From assembly GCA_973851085.1 (NCBI GenBank), contig OZ316776.1, positions 13,826,001-13,890,000 of the forward strand: DNA of 64,000 nt, in the 5' to 3' direction. The stretch comes from Ptychomitrium polyphyllum. Taxonomy: Eukaryota. The translations under genes were made by a program, and so were the position numbers. How positions within the stretch are numbered: position 1 is the stretch's first letter; each line of letters opens with the position of its first letter. The notes beneath the pieces were generated by a model. The model saw only the letters and a program-made list of their open reading frames with translations. It did not search any database and was not told the origin of the DNA. Positions 1 to 13,449 of this stretch are shown here, one piece after another.

Positions 1-3000
1 GTATACAGCAAAGTTGGGATTATATATTTTGGCTATAAAAGAGGATTGGAGAGGTTTCTAAGGTTGATATTTTGGTGAAATGTTTATTGTAAGACAAGCG
101 GTAAAGTGAGGGGGATGTGGTGAGAAGGATAAGAACTTTGATTGCAAGGTTCTCAATGAATATAGCAGCTACGGCTGTAAAACTTTTAATGTAGTTTTTT
201 ACACTTTTTTTCAATATAGCGCCAAAATATCAAAGTCGTTAGAATTTGGAATTAGGAAATATGGACAAATTTGTAAGCAAGATTTTGAGGGCCGTATATA
301 GTTATGGTTTGGATTTGAAGTGTGAACTTTAGAAAGTTTGTAAAGTATGATGAAAAAACTTTTGCACATGATTGATTTCAATAAAAATACCATCTTATCA
401 AATTATTGAGGAATTAGTAGCAGCCAGAGGCCCGATGTTTTTTCAAAGTAAGGCTCTTTTTCTATGACACTATATAGTAAGTGGAATAGAGAGTGATTGG
501 TAGCAATTTTTTATGCAATTTAAAAGGCAAGTATGGCTGTAGAAAGGTAGATTTTTCAATTTGTCCGATGCTCATTGAGAAGTTTGTATAGCATGCCAAA
601 AATAATCTTGTTGGTGGACTCAGCTTGGTCATTTCTTTGGAAATAGTATGTTATCAACGTCTTGTATTTCATGAAAAAATCTTCCATTAGAGTTTGAATA
701 ACCAAGTTGTTGAATGTACACCTTGGTTCCGACAATGTGGAGGCGGTAGACAAAGCGGGTGAGAATGTGCTTATAGAAAAACTGTGCAATTTCTACAATA
801 GTGTTGCCTTTCAATGCAATACATTTGACTCACTTGGTAGTGTAATTGATAGCAAGTAATATATACCAATGACCATGGTGTTGGGTACAAGAAAGAAGGC
901 CAATGAAATCTAGGCCTCATTTCATAAAACGTTTGGCTGATAAAAGTACAACTAATTTGGTGATAACAAGTTTGTAAGATTGTCATTACGTTTATAAGTA
1001 GGATAGGTGCAATAGTGGTGGAAAGTATCTTTGTAGAGAATTGGCCACCAATAACTAGCATTGCGGATATTTTAAATGATGATGTCTATCAAAAGGTGTC
1101 TACCAGAAGTGCCATAATGGAGTTTTGTAAAGAGATGCAATATCTTTGTAGTAGATATGCAGCAGCAAAAAATGAAATCTTTCCCTTATTGGTAGAGGTT
1201 GTTGTCAATAAGCTTGAATGATATAGCTATGAAAGCTAAATATTTGCGGTGTTGTCATGGTAAAAGAGCCTTTCTTTGAGAAAACATTGGGCCTTTAGCT
1301 GCTACCAATTACTCAAAAAGTTGACAAGATGGTATTTATCTAGTTATTTAAGTGAAAGAGTTATTTGATCATGCTTTTTAGGCTTTGTAAAGATCACAAC
1401 TCAAACCCAAACCATAACCACATACTACCATTATAAACCTGCTTACAATTTTGCTCATATTTCCTATTATAAGAGTTCAGTAAATTTGATATTATGAAAT
1501 TATATTGTTAAGGCATTTGCAAAACTATGGTAAAAATTTCATAACCATAGCTACTATAAGCATTGAAAACCATGCTTTTAAAATTCTCACTTCCCACTGC
1601 CACTACTTGTGGACGCCTTCTACTTTACTACTCATAACTTCCTTTTTATAACAAATCTAGACTTGAAAATTTATATATACATTACTGATTATATAGTAAA
1701 TACACCATGAAAACATCAACCTCAAAAGCTCCTTCAATCCTCTCTTATGGCCCAAAATAAACCACTCCAACTCTGTTGTATACAACTCTCAAAGTTCCAA
1801 CTATAATCTTTCTTATATCTTTTATTATATAAGCTTTTTTTCTTCCAAAATTTTACGATATTATTATGAAGTAGTCAAAATAACACCATTCTAATTTCAT
1901 TACCAAATTCCAGTTACAAAAAAAGTTATAAGCACCCAAAGTAGCTGCTCTCTAAAACTCAAGGCAGCTGGCCCAACTTCATTCAAACTAGAACCACAGT
2001 TATATACTAATTCCAAATGGAGCGTGTGCTAACATCTTGGAGAGCTAATAAAGGAAAAAAAAAAATTTAATCAAAATCAATTCAAATTAAGAAGTATTCT
2101 ATCTCCTATGGTAAAAAAAAGGGCTGCCTTAAATAACAAGTGGGAGAGGCCGAGAGAGAAGTACAAGGTGGTGGATAAACCGCCACATCCACCTTTTATC
2201 ACTCCACATCAGCCTTTAATTTCCTTTATCAAGCCCTTATCTAATCATATTTTCAAATAAAAAACAACCTAAATCTTTTTCTTTTGTTTTTTTTTTTTTT
2301 TTTTTTTTTGGTTGAAACTACTAGGTTCCAAACTACAAAAGAAGGCAAAACCAATCATCATAAATCTAAAGTAGGAATCTGGAATTAAAATAGAAAAAAG
2401 AAAGTAGGAAGAAGATTGAAATTCAATGAATTTAAAGTCATTGTTGAGGCAGAATCAAACACCAAGCCACAAACTTGGTTGACTAGATAAAATTCAGCTG
2501 CAGAAATGGTCCAAGTTTGATTCTCGTTAGGTTTGTTGACTAGGATGGTAGCACTTGCCTTGATACTGCTAATGAGAACGGCGGGCAAAAAATAACACAG
2601 TCAACCGGCGCCTTCACCTTAAGCTAAGACAAAATGCAGTTCTACCTCCAAGACACTCAAAATCGTGGTTTCACCATGATCTTTTTCACCTAACTTTTCT
2701 TTTCATCCTAATATTCTTTTCTAAAATATAATAAATCAAAATCCACAAAATAATACATATTAGCTAAGTTTTAAGCCATATAATCATTTACAGCACAACA
2801 ACGTTCTATTGTAGAGTTGGAGAGAAAATTACCGATACAAAAATAGTTAGTGATGATAGTGAACCACTCGAGCTCTACTATAAATACCAAAGTGTTAACA
2901 AGATTGTTGGTAATGGAAGTGGGTGGACTATTGGCAGTGTTGCAAAATAAGGCATTCATAATACCGTGAGTTTTATTAGGTTTATAAACCACAGGAAAAT

Positions 3001-6000
3001 CAAATTTTATAAATATTAAGAGCCAACAAGCAATGCAACCAAAAACTTGAAGTTTGTTGACTAAGTAGATGAAGGCTATGTGATCAATATAGAAAATGAA
3101 CTTATTGTCTAATAAATAATGCCGGAATTTGTTGATGGCTTAGACCATTACTAGTGCTTTCCGTTTGATTGTGGTATGATTCTTCTAAGCTTTACTAAGG
3201 AAATATGATACATAAGCAATGGATTGGTCAACATGACTAGTAGGGCTTGTGCAAGCATGGCACTAAGTGCACCAAGGTCCAAGGGATTAGTATGGATATA
3301 AAGCTCTAGTTTCCAATTGATAAAAATGAAGATAGGTTCCAAGAGGTACCAGGATTTTATTTCTGAACAGGCAATAGTACAAATGGTGATCCATTGAAAG
3401 ATTTTGTTTTCCTTGTGAATTTGGTAATTGGAGCCATAATGGTGGCGTAATTGCAAATAAAACATCTATTAAATTGGGCAAGGCTGCTAAAAACTTGAAT
3501 GTCTATGATGTCACAAAATTGGAGTATATTAATAAAATCCTGTATTTTGACGGAATTAGAAAATTTACTAGATTTGGAGACAATTTAACCAAAAATAGTT
3601 ATTGAATTGGCAAAAAAAAGGCATTTTTTAGAATTGAAGCTAATACCAAATTTGCAATACTTGAAAAAGCACAAGCAAAGTTTACTAAGGTGGAAGTCAA
3701 TATTACTATATACATTGAAGTCGTCCAAAAATATTTTCATAAAGTTGCCGAGATAGTCTTTGGAGGCTTGGTTGGTATACATGGTTGTGACCGTATTGTT
3801 CCTCATAATCTTGATTTTATTATTTGCCCAATTATGGATAACCTGTGCATTTTTCAACCATGGTCTACCAAGAAGAATGGAACAAGTGGATTGGATATCC
3901 TTATAGGTTATGACAATAACGATGATAATATATGATATACCATAGATGCAAATTTTGATGTTTTATAATATACCAATAGATTGGAGAAGTGAACCGTTTG
4001 CCATATGTAGTTTATACGAGGCTAGAGATGGAGCCAAAAGATCCAATTAGAGGCATTCTCTTTTGGTAATAATGTTGACACCTAAACCTCCATCAAATAG
4101 AACATCAACAACCATTTGTTTACCTACCAGGAATGATATGACTAGCATGATGTGGTTTACCGCTGTAATCGCGACTATAGGTACCAAAAAAGATGATTTT
4201 GGTAGAGTTACCAAATATGAATACTGTAGTAGATAGACGGTTAGTTTTGGAGATGACTGAATAAGTTCTTGGAATGAAATGGAAATGGTGTATGTTTAGA
4301 GTTGTATACATACCCGTTGTGCAAGAGAGAGGATTGGGGTGAAAAACTGTGAAGGTTTAATTGTTGGTATATGATGATTTTGAAACTCTTAGACAGTGCG
4401 GATCATGTGGTTGCAAATATCCTCTGTAGTCTGCTAGCCAATGTTTGTTGGTGATATTGATAGTAGAGTATTGGTAGCAATTGTGTGACTTTGAGTTATT
4501 GGGCTAACATGGCAAAATTTAATGATATTGACATTTGGAAGTGATTGGTTTTTGAATAGTTTCTATTTCTTTTTGTAGATGAGGCATTTAACAACATCAT
4601 CTTGGTGTAGAGGGCATCAATGGCTAAAATGATCCATGGATCCAAACATATAATATGGAAAGTATTGGATTGTTTGCAACATTTGATAGATATCAATAGT
4701 GGCAAAAATTTGTAGCGACTTCACTTGGTGAACGCCGAGAGGTTGTTGGCGCTGTTTTGATGAGTACTTTTAAAATTCTTCCAACAAAATTCTAAATGTG
4801 ATTTAAGCGATTGCAAGTACTACAGGATTGAGGAGGAGGGTAGGATTGGTTGAAAGGACTTGGAAACTGTGAGGACGGTTTCAAGAATCTTCCTTTGGCA
4901 AGTTGAGTAGACCAAACGGCTTTAATAAAAGTATTCCAATTTAGAGCGTTTTGGCGCATAGTATAGAAGTGAATATAGGTTTGGTTATTGGTTTTGATTA
5001 ACCAATAACATTTTTTGAATGCAAAGTAGAGGTCACTTAGAGTCTCATACGGAAATTAGATGCAATGGAATGTGAACTAGATAGATTCTTTATCAATATG
5101 GGTGCTATTGAACAAATTGATCTAAATTGGAAGATTAAATTCATCATTTCAAATAAGTGCTAATTAGAACTTTCAACAATGATGTTCACATCATTTTCTA
5201 GTTTAATAATTGAGATATGAAAAGGTTTTTTTAATAGGAGGTAGCCAAGAAATAGTATTATGGATGATGGTGGAACTAGTAGAGGCACTATCAGGTGGTG
5301 TCTTTATCTATTGGTATCCTGTGGAAAAGGTAGAGAAGTGAAAGAAGGACCACTAAGGATATGGTGTGTTAAAACCGTTTCAATATTTGGAAGATTCCAA
5401 GAGTAGGAGCCATTGAAGTTGTAATTTGGAGATGGTTGATTGGCAATAGTAGAAAAGGGATTGGTGGTAGGGCTATCAAAAGTGCTGTCTGGATGTAGTA
5501 TGTGGAAAGAATGTATAGCTGGACTAGCAATAAATTCCTACCATAGAAATGATACAGGTGGTATTGGTTGTATGACGGGAAAATGTGGCATTTGAACTAA
5601 GACAAAACTGTCATCTTTGTGTGTCCATTCATTGAGTGGGATTTGGAATGAGATAATAAGATAGCGGACGCAATTCTAGAGGGATGAGAGGTCATTCCAA
5701 TGGTTGCGTGGAACAAATGTGGCATACTGACTACCGAGTGGATTTGGTAGGTGAGCAAAGTGGGATTTTAAGGTGGGGAATGGAAATGGTGAGTATTCTC
5801 AGCCGTTCAAGGACATTGGATATGTAGTAGAAGATCCATCTGCAAAATTTGAAGAAAAGAAGAATCGCTAATTGTAGGAAATAAAAGATCTAGAGAATAA
5901 AAGTACATGCTAGGTGTAAATTGATATGTTGAGCGGAACTAAGTTGTAAAGGAGGTGGAGGTCCTTTGGCACGGATGTGAGGGTGGCTTATAGATTTGGA

Positions 6001-6387
6001 AGAGTAGACTGTAGAAAATTAGGCTAAAATACATATATAATTGTTGGCATAAAAGGGAGAATTGATTTGCATTAAAGGAATGGTACAAAGCAAGGAAAAC
6101 CTATTTGAAACACAACATGATTGCCAAATGATAAGGTCGGTAGCTATTAAGCTTGGTAACTACCAAGTAATCAATAACTTGATAGTTTATTATTAGAAAT
6201 TCTTATCTAAGAAAGATTAACTATACTACTATTGTGATTTGTAACTATCAAGTACTCTAAAACTTGGTAGTTCCTTACTAGAGAGTCTAGATCTTGGAAA
6301 AGAAATCTAGATAAATTCATAGTTGTAACTATGGAATGGAAGAAACATGGAAGTATTAAGGAGTAAACTATAAACTACAAAAGCACT
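1..6387 (-). mobile_element. Decayed Ty3/gypsy LTR retrotransposon body (gag-protease-RT-RNaseH-integrase remnants), interrupted by a solo LTR at 1386-2792
   Basis: Minus-strand fragments occur in gypsy order: protease-like VLFDGGLGVNII (~4100), RT core MKIFLDDFNVYS (ORF 3585-3857), RNase H-like region ~3000-3350, integrase-like QRNDQAESTNKII (ORF 556-789). Many stops and frameshifts. Outer boundaries are approximate. Confidence 0.8.
1386..2792. mobile_element. Probable solo LTR inserted in the gypsy pol
   Basis: Inverted termini TGTAAA...TTTACA. The non-coding block splits pol between RNase H and integrase. Its last ~245 bp recur at ~22685-22932. No clear TSD. Confidence 0.6.
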
Positions 6388-8487
6388 TGTTAGAATGGAA
6401 AATCCTACATATAAATCTGAACTCAAAAAGAAAACTAATAAATCAATCAAAGAATGGAGTGTACAATTTGTTTCATGAAAAAAGCCAAATATAAAACATC
6501 TTCAACTCTCTTAAACGAGTATTTGAATACCCAATCCAATATCCTATAAAAGTACTTCTATATTTGTTTTTATGAACCAACAAAATACTACTATTATCCT
6601 ATAGTTACTGTCGAAAGATGTATAGCTTGGTAACAAGGACTATGAAAAGATTTTAAAGACTATGCTGAATGATTTATGTCCGTGACATCACCTCTTATTT
6701 TAGCGACAAGTCCCATGAAGAGCTCTTTCTGTGGCTTGCTTGTCACATCTCCACAAATTCTAAAATTTGTCGAAGAAGCAAACCAATATTTTCTACTCAT
6801 TATTCTTTGCCCACTACTTCAATTGGTCTTTGCAAGAAGCGCTAATGACTCCTAGCTCAGACTTTTATTGTTGATACGTGAATCTAAGATTTCTTCAACT
6901 TCATATTCCATTTCATTATTGATTTCCACCGGACGAGGCAGAGAAACGACCTTCTCTAGTATACATGACTAATTGTAGGTTTCCAACAAAAATACGTAGC
7001 ACACTGGATGAATATGCATGGTTGGTGGTAGTTTGAAGCAATAAATGACTGGATTTATTTGTCTGCTAATTTCAAACAGTCGTAGCCTTTGATAATCTAG
7101 CTTCTTCACCGGTCTTTTTGTTTGTATGTTTTGTTGTAGGAGCCATACACTATTTCCAACTTTGAACTTTGGATGGTCCTTCCAATAACAATCTCCATAA
7201 GCTTTGGAAGGATCTTGAGTTTGTTGTAATTGGACAGCAACTTCTTAGTGGATTTTAGCAAGTTGAGTTGTAAAATCCTCTGCTACAAGACTTCCAATAT
7301 GCTTGACTTGAAATGAATTTGCTTGAGAATGATGGCCATAATTTGCAAATGATGGACTTTGAGTTGTTGAAGAATGCATTATGTTGTTGTAGGCAAACTT
7401 TGCCAAAGGTAAGAGGTCCATCTAGTTGTTTACCTGGTAGTTTATGTTGCAACAAAAGTACTACTTCAAAATTTAATTCAAACGTTTGGTTTGACCATTA
7501 GTTTGCGGATGGTGTATTGAAAAAATGTTGATCTTCACACGCAATAGCTGGAATAGAGCCCTCTAAAAGTTGGAAATAAATTGCGGCCCTCCATCGGATA
7601 CAATATCATTTAGTAGTTCATATATGCGGTAGACGTGATTTAGGAACAACTTGGCAATTTCTTCTTCTAGTACCGCCTTGTTGTATGAAATGAAATGCGC
7701 CATCTTGGTAAACCGGTCCATTAGTATTACGATAGAGTTCTTAGAATTGGAACTTGGAAGGTCCATGATAAAATCCATTGACAATGATAACCATAGATCC
7801 TTTGGCACTAGAAGCGGATGGAAAAGACCATGAGGTTGGTGTCTTGGTACCTTGGCCCTTGTGCAAGTGTCACATAATCAAACAAAGTCCTTTACGTATT
7901 TCCTCACTTGTGGCCACCAATAGTCTCTAGCAATCGATTCCATTGTTTTATTGAATCCAAAATGCCTTGATGTTAGAAAATGATGACATGTTTGAAAGAT
8001 CCTCAATTGCATAGGTTCTACAACTAGGTACAAAAGTCCTTTATAATAAAGTAGGCCCTCTTGGAATTCAAAGTCCTCATTGCTATTTGAAGGATCTTTG
8101 TTGTCTTCGAGGCGCCCCTTCATATTTGAAACAAAGACATTATTCTTCAAAGCCCTCCAAATTTTGTCAAGATGAAATATTGTGGTCATAATTGCTACTT
8201 CCAATTGAAGGTTTTTGCGGCTTCAATAAAATAGTACACTGTTGGTCCAAAACTTCAATTCCAAGTTGAGGAGCTAAATATAATCTGCAAGCCAAGGCAT
8301 CTGGCTTGCCTTGTACGCTACCAAATCCATAGATAATGACAAAGTCAAATTTGGAAGGCGACATACTACACCTTCTATGACGGCAATTTAGAGTGCGCGC
8401 ACACATGAAGTATTGTAAGTTTATTGTGGTCTGTATATATCGTAATGGTATATTGAGCTCCTTCCAAGAAGTATTGCCGTTCCTCAA
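6388..8487 (-). mobile_element. 5'-truncated chromovirus (Ty3/gypsy): RNase H end, integrase, partial chromodomain, PPT and 3' LTR (~6388-6687)
   Basis: Integrase motifs HFGFNKTMESIARDYWWP, LSMDFIMDLP and DIVSDGGPQF; chromodomain start EYEVEEILDS (~6880-6915). On the minus strand, the purine tract AAAATAAGAGGTGA is followed by TGTCACGGACAT, matching the PPT/LTR junction at 18360-18385. The LTR ends ...CTAACA. Confidence 0.85.
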
Positions 8488-8785
8488 TCTTGTGAAGAAG
8501 GTTGCACAATCTTAGAAAACTTCTTAAAAAAGGTTCCATTGACTTCTAGAACATTTTTAAGCCTTGTTAAAAGCTTCTTCAGATGTATTGTAGGAGATAC
8601 CAACATCATTGTATGTATATGAGGCAAGACAAAGTATACCTTAGTCTTGCCAACAGAAATTAAGGATCATATTGTATCAAGCCTTATTCTAGTCTTTGTG
8701 TGAGTTCTTGTTAATTGTTAGCTCTTTGGAAGCTAATTTTTAGGAAATACTTTATCTCTGCTTCTTATTTCTAATGTCCCTAACA
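8488..8785 (+). mobile_element. Partial LTR (3' half) related to the LTR at 18373-19063
   Basis: Collinear similarity with ~18780-19063 (tcttagaaaacttctta, gcaagacaa, ttagtcttgccaaca, tattctagtctttgt, agttcttgttaat). Ends in TAACA. Confidence 0.7.
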
Positions 8786-9205
8786 GCTTGGCAAAACTAC
8801 CTTTTATCTTTGTTAAAGCTTAGAATCTTTGAAGAAAATAATGAATTATCGCTTTTCCTTAGGATTACATAGTGTCTTGGTGGTTGGGGATTACCTTCCT
8901 CTAAGCTGATACCATAAGTTGGTTTCTTTTTTGAATTAAAAAATACTATTTCTTTTAACATACACACAATCTTTCAAAAGATGCGGATTACCTTCTTTTG
9001 AAGATATTGATAGTATTCTTGCTTTTACAATCTTAAATATAGATAACATGCAAAAAACATCACAGAATAGAGATACAACTATTGCAGACCTTCAAGAGTT
9101 ATTAAATATAGTTCAAATGGAAGTCACTTGCTTCAATCCCACCAACAATTCAAAGTAGCACACATTGCAAGCTAAAGAATCAAATGGCAATGTTCAAAGT
9201 CTATA

Positions 9206-11518
9206 TGTTGCGCACCTCTCCTTGCAGAGTGCCCGCAACACTCAGGGCACAAGGGAGACCTCGGAATGACGTCCGGGACCTGTAACGCCGCTAGTAAAGT
9301 GGCCCAAGTAGGCCTAGCGTGGGTAGGATCCCGAGGGGGAGAAACATCCTTGCCCACGTAGTTCAAAAACCACGAGGGATAAATTGTACGCATTGGAGTA
9401 CTCACGACGAGTTGATTCTAGAATGCTAAAGATTGCTCAACTCAGACAAGGGAGCTAAAACATATGGCATCTCAAAGTTGGAGCTGCCAAGGGGCTATTC
9501 TGGACTATGGCAGCCGTACACAGTGATTGTACTGGACCAAGACAATATAGGGAGGGACTCTCCGAGAGTTCCAAACCTTAGGAGAGGCATATCTTTCAAA
9601 ACATTAAGTCAAATTTGACGTTTGAGGAGTCTATTGGCATCTACGCAAAGAATAAATGACGATAGAGTAGTCGCTTTATAGATTTGGATACCAAATGTGG
9701 AAGATATGGCTCCCTAAAGGTCCGTAAGACGTCCCGGAGGCTTCCAGCGGCTGACTCCCATAGGAAATCAGGTGGTCTTCCAAAAGTTTTGGTGTGTTGA
9801 TATTCAGCCAGCTATAGAGGGCCAGGGAGCCTGCCAAATTCCACAAAAGATACTATACAGGAGGGCAGGTCTCCTTCCCCACTCCCCTAGTGTCTCAGTA
9901 GGAACTAGGGTAAGTTTTGGTTGGTGGAGCTAGTGTGTTGCAACGCTTGTAATGCACCTTAGCAAGCGTTACGCACGTCAACCCTGTACACCCCCACATG
10001 CACATGGTTAGCCCCCATTTTCACTTTCCAAGCCTTTCTACCATTTCTCTTCGGACGCCCAATTTATTAGTAGCCAATGATTAGGTGCAGACTTCCATTC
10101 ATGTCCAAGGCCTCCTTAGTGTTACTTCCATTCTACACGGCCTAACTGCACTTAGTGGTGTCTCCTCACCACCACTCATGATGCCCATGTGATCCTAAGA
10201 TCACCCCGGGCCATCATAGTGCCGGCGTGAAGACTCCACCTCAACTTAGTGGTAACGAGCGTATCCTTTTGAACGTGCTAGTTCCCTTTGTGAAACCGGT
10301 CGTCCATCGGCTCACAATGGTGTGGGAGTCCCCGTGGTCAAGCCCAGGTACTAGCTCCACCAACCGGGACTCACCCTTGGTCTCTACCGGAACACTAGGG
10401 AAGTGGGGAGGGGGACCAGCCCTCCTTTATAGTACTCTCTGTGGGATTCGGCAGGCCCCCTGGCCCTCTGTAGCTGGCTGAACCCCGACACACCTAGAGT
10501 TTTGGAAGACCACCCGATCTCCCTTAGGACTTAGCCGCTGGAAGCCTCCGGGACTCTTAGTGGACCTTTAAGGAGCCATATCTTCCTCATCCAGTGCCCA
10601 AATGTATCGAGCAACCACTCTATCGTCATCTGCTCTTTGCGTAAATGCCGATAGACTCCTCAAACGTCCGATTTGAGTTAGTATTGTGGGAGATGCGCCT
10701 CTCCCAAGGTTCGGGACACCCGGGGAGTCCCTCCCTGGACTATCCCACTCCAGTACAGTCACTGTGTGGGGCTGCCACACTCCAAAACAGCCCCTTGGCA
10801 ACCCCAACTTTGGGATGCCATAACTTTTAGCTCCCTTGTCCGATTCGGACAATCTTTAGCATTCTAGAATCAACACTTTGTGATTCTTCCAATGCCAGCC
10901 ATCTATCCCTTGTGGCCCTTGGTCTACATGGACAAGGATGTTTCTCCCCCTTAGAGGTCTTTCCCACGTTGGGCCCACTCGGTTTCCGTCACTATCAGCG
11001 CCATAAGTCCCGGACGTCCCTTCGGGGTCCCCCTTGTGCCCTTAGTGTTGAGGGCACTCCTCAAGGAGAGATGCGCAACATAGTGTTGGGGCTTCACCAC
11101 GGGGACTCCCACACCGTTGTGAGCCGGTGGATGACCGGTTTCACGAATGGAACTACTGAGATAAAAATGGCACGCTTGTTACCACTAAGTTGGGATGGTG
11201 TCTTCACATCGACACCATAATGGCCCGGGGTGATCTTAGGATCACATGTGCATCATGAGTGGTGGTGAAGAGACACCATTAAATGCGGTTAGGCCGTGTA
11301 GAATGGGAGTAACACCAAGTGAGGCTTTGGACATGAATGGAAATCTGCACGTAACCATTGGCTATCAATCAATTGGATGTTTTAAAAGAAACGGTAGAAG
11401 AATTGAAAACCAAGCTTGGGACTTGGAGAGTGAAAATGGGGGTTAATCATGTGCATGTACAGGTATACAGGGTTGACACGCGTGCCGTTTGTTAAGGTGC
11501 ATTACAAGGGTTGCGACA
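9206..11518 (+). mobile_element. Solo LTR copy A (~1.16 kb; 9206-9935 plus 11086-11518), split by nested copy B
   Basis: Termini TGTTGC...GCGACA with a perfect 5-bp TSD CTATA at 9201-9205 and 11519-11523. Strand is a relative orientation only. Confidence 0.85.
9936..11080 (-). mobile_element. Solo LTR copy B (1145 bp), same family as A, inserted in the opposite orientation
   Basis: Termini TGTTGC...GCAACA with a perfect 5-bp TSD TAGTG at 9931-9935 and 11081-11085. Reverse-complement homologous to A (compare ORF 9433-9618 + with 10568-10852 -). Confidence 0.9.
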
Positions 11519-11578
11519 CTATATTAATAAGTTGTTCAATTGCGAGCTGCCAATGTTAGAAGAAAAGGCTTGCCATAT

Positions 11579-13378
11579 TGTGAGCTATGAAATTAGTTAT
11601 TATGGTGTTTTCTCTCAAAAATTGCTTAAAAGTAATATTTGTAAATAGAATTAGGCCTAATTAGGGCTAAAAGGCCAAATTAAAGGTGTAGTTGATTTTT
11701 AAAGAGATTTTAATGTAATTTGGGCAAACCTTCATGGCCTGATGATTAAGTCCAATAAATAGAGAGAATTAGAGAAAGTTGAACAAGTTTCCAAAATTTG
11801 ACAAGTAGGAAGTGAGGTAATTAGATAAAGGGTTACCACTTATTAGAATAGTAGCTAAAATTAAAATAGCAGCTGAAGCTTAGAAGTAGAAGCTAAATTT
11901 AGACTAATAGCTAAATTTAGACTAGTTGCTGAAATCTAGAAATCATCTGAAGTTAGAATAGCAGCAAAATTTATAATAGCTGTAAAAATCTAAAAATCAT
12001 CTAAATCTAGAATATCAGCTAACTTTACAATAGTAGCTAAAATCTAGGAATCTAGGTAAATATAGATTAGTGACTAATTTTAGAATAGTGATTAAATTTA
12101 GAATAATATCTATATTTAGATTAATTGTTGAAATCTAGAAAATCAGCTAAATATGGATCAGGGCTGAATTTAGATTAGCAACTACATTTAGGGAAACGTC
12201 AAAGTATGGATTAGGATGTACTGACCTAGAAATTTCAACAACCAATTGAAATGGAGTAAAGAAGTGAGATTCCCTATAAAAGGGAGGAGAAGGCAAGCAA
12301 AGATACACTTAACACTTAGTAGTTTTCAAGCAAATTTAGTTGTGAGCACACCCTTAGTTTTAGCAAGAGAAGTTTGTTGAAAAGTAAAGAAAGTTAGGTT
12401 TTGAAGTTAGGTTTTTGAAATTAGGTATTTGAAATAGGTTTTGGAGTCAGTTGACACAATTAATTTTTAGCAAATAAGAGTTAGTTATGAGCAAGAGAAG
12501 TTAGTATTGGAGCATGAAAGACAACAACCAGGATTCGGATTTTGGGCCATCAGTCCCTCATTGTGTAAGTGTAGGAGCTAAATATATAGAGTTGATAGAA
12601 GAAGTTATAAGCTTTCCAACAAGCCAAAGCATACTTGAATCGGAGCTATAACAAAGAAGAAACACAATTTAGTGGAAAGTGCTTTGGGGTTTACTGCGGC
12701 AAATAGGATTCGGATCTTGGGCTGTTAGTTCCTCATTAAGCAAGTATAGAAGCTATAATTTGGAGGGTTTGTAAAGGAGGTTATAAGCTTTCCAACAAGC
12801 CAAGAAATTCAATTTGAATAATTATAGAAGAAATAACGGCAAATTTGGTAGCAAAGGGTCTGCTGCCTTGCCAATTTTGAGGACCAACTTTGAAGGATGG
12901 TTCCGGACAAAACACAGCAAATTTGAAGCTGAGATTTTTGTAGCTGTTAGTCTCTTAAGTTAGCTTTTCAAGGAGTGCAAGTACGCTAGAATTGAATTAA
13001 AGACGTAGAAACCACAGCCTGTATGGTGAAAAGAAGCCTGCTGCCTTGATTGGAACACCCCCGGGTTGTTTTTTCCTTCTCCTTTAATTTTATTACATTG
13101 ATTTGTTCCTTGAGTGAACCCCTTTGCATTTATTTTACCATAGAGTTTAAGAATGATAACTTCTATCATTTATTACTTTTGCCTCTAGATGAATATTATA
13201 TATTTTTATCTTTTTACTTTTATTCTACCTTTATATTTACCTTTTAAACCTTGGATGATAACAACCTTAATTTAAGATCATCTAAGTTCATCCACTAGGT
13301 TTACGATTATGATTAGATTGGATCAATTTTGGCTTCACATTGCTCACTAAAAGTTAAACAGGCCAGAGATCCATCACA
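11579..13378 (+). mobile_element. LTR-like non-coding block with internal repeats
   Basis: Starts TGTGAGC. Contains a degenerate ~18-20 bp tandem array (gctaaatttagaatagta-like, ~11840-12200), a TATA-like CCCTATAAAAGGG at ~12272 and a ~176-bp direct duplication (ggattcggat at 12531 and 12707). Right end and TSD uncertain. Confidence 0.45.
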
Positions 13379-13449
13379 AATCCGACAAAACAATTATTAC
13401 ACATCAATATTAAAAAAAACCGTATGAGCTAGGAATTAGTTCATTTATT

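Noticed and set aside
9433..10852. Similar short ORFs in LTR copies A and B suggesting a conserved peptide
   Set aside because: Explained by nucleotide homology of the LTRs. Stops differ between copies and copy C does not retain the frame.
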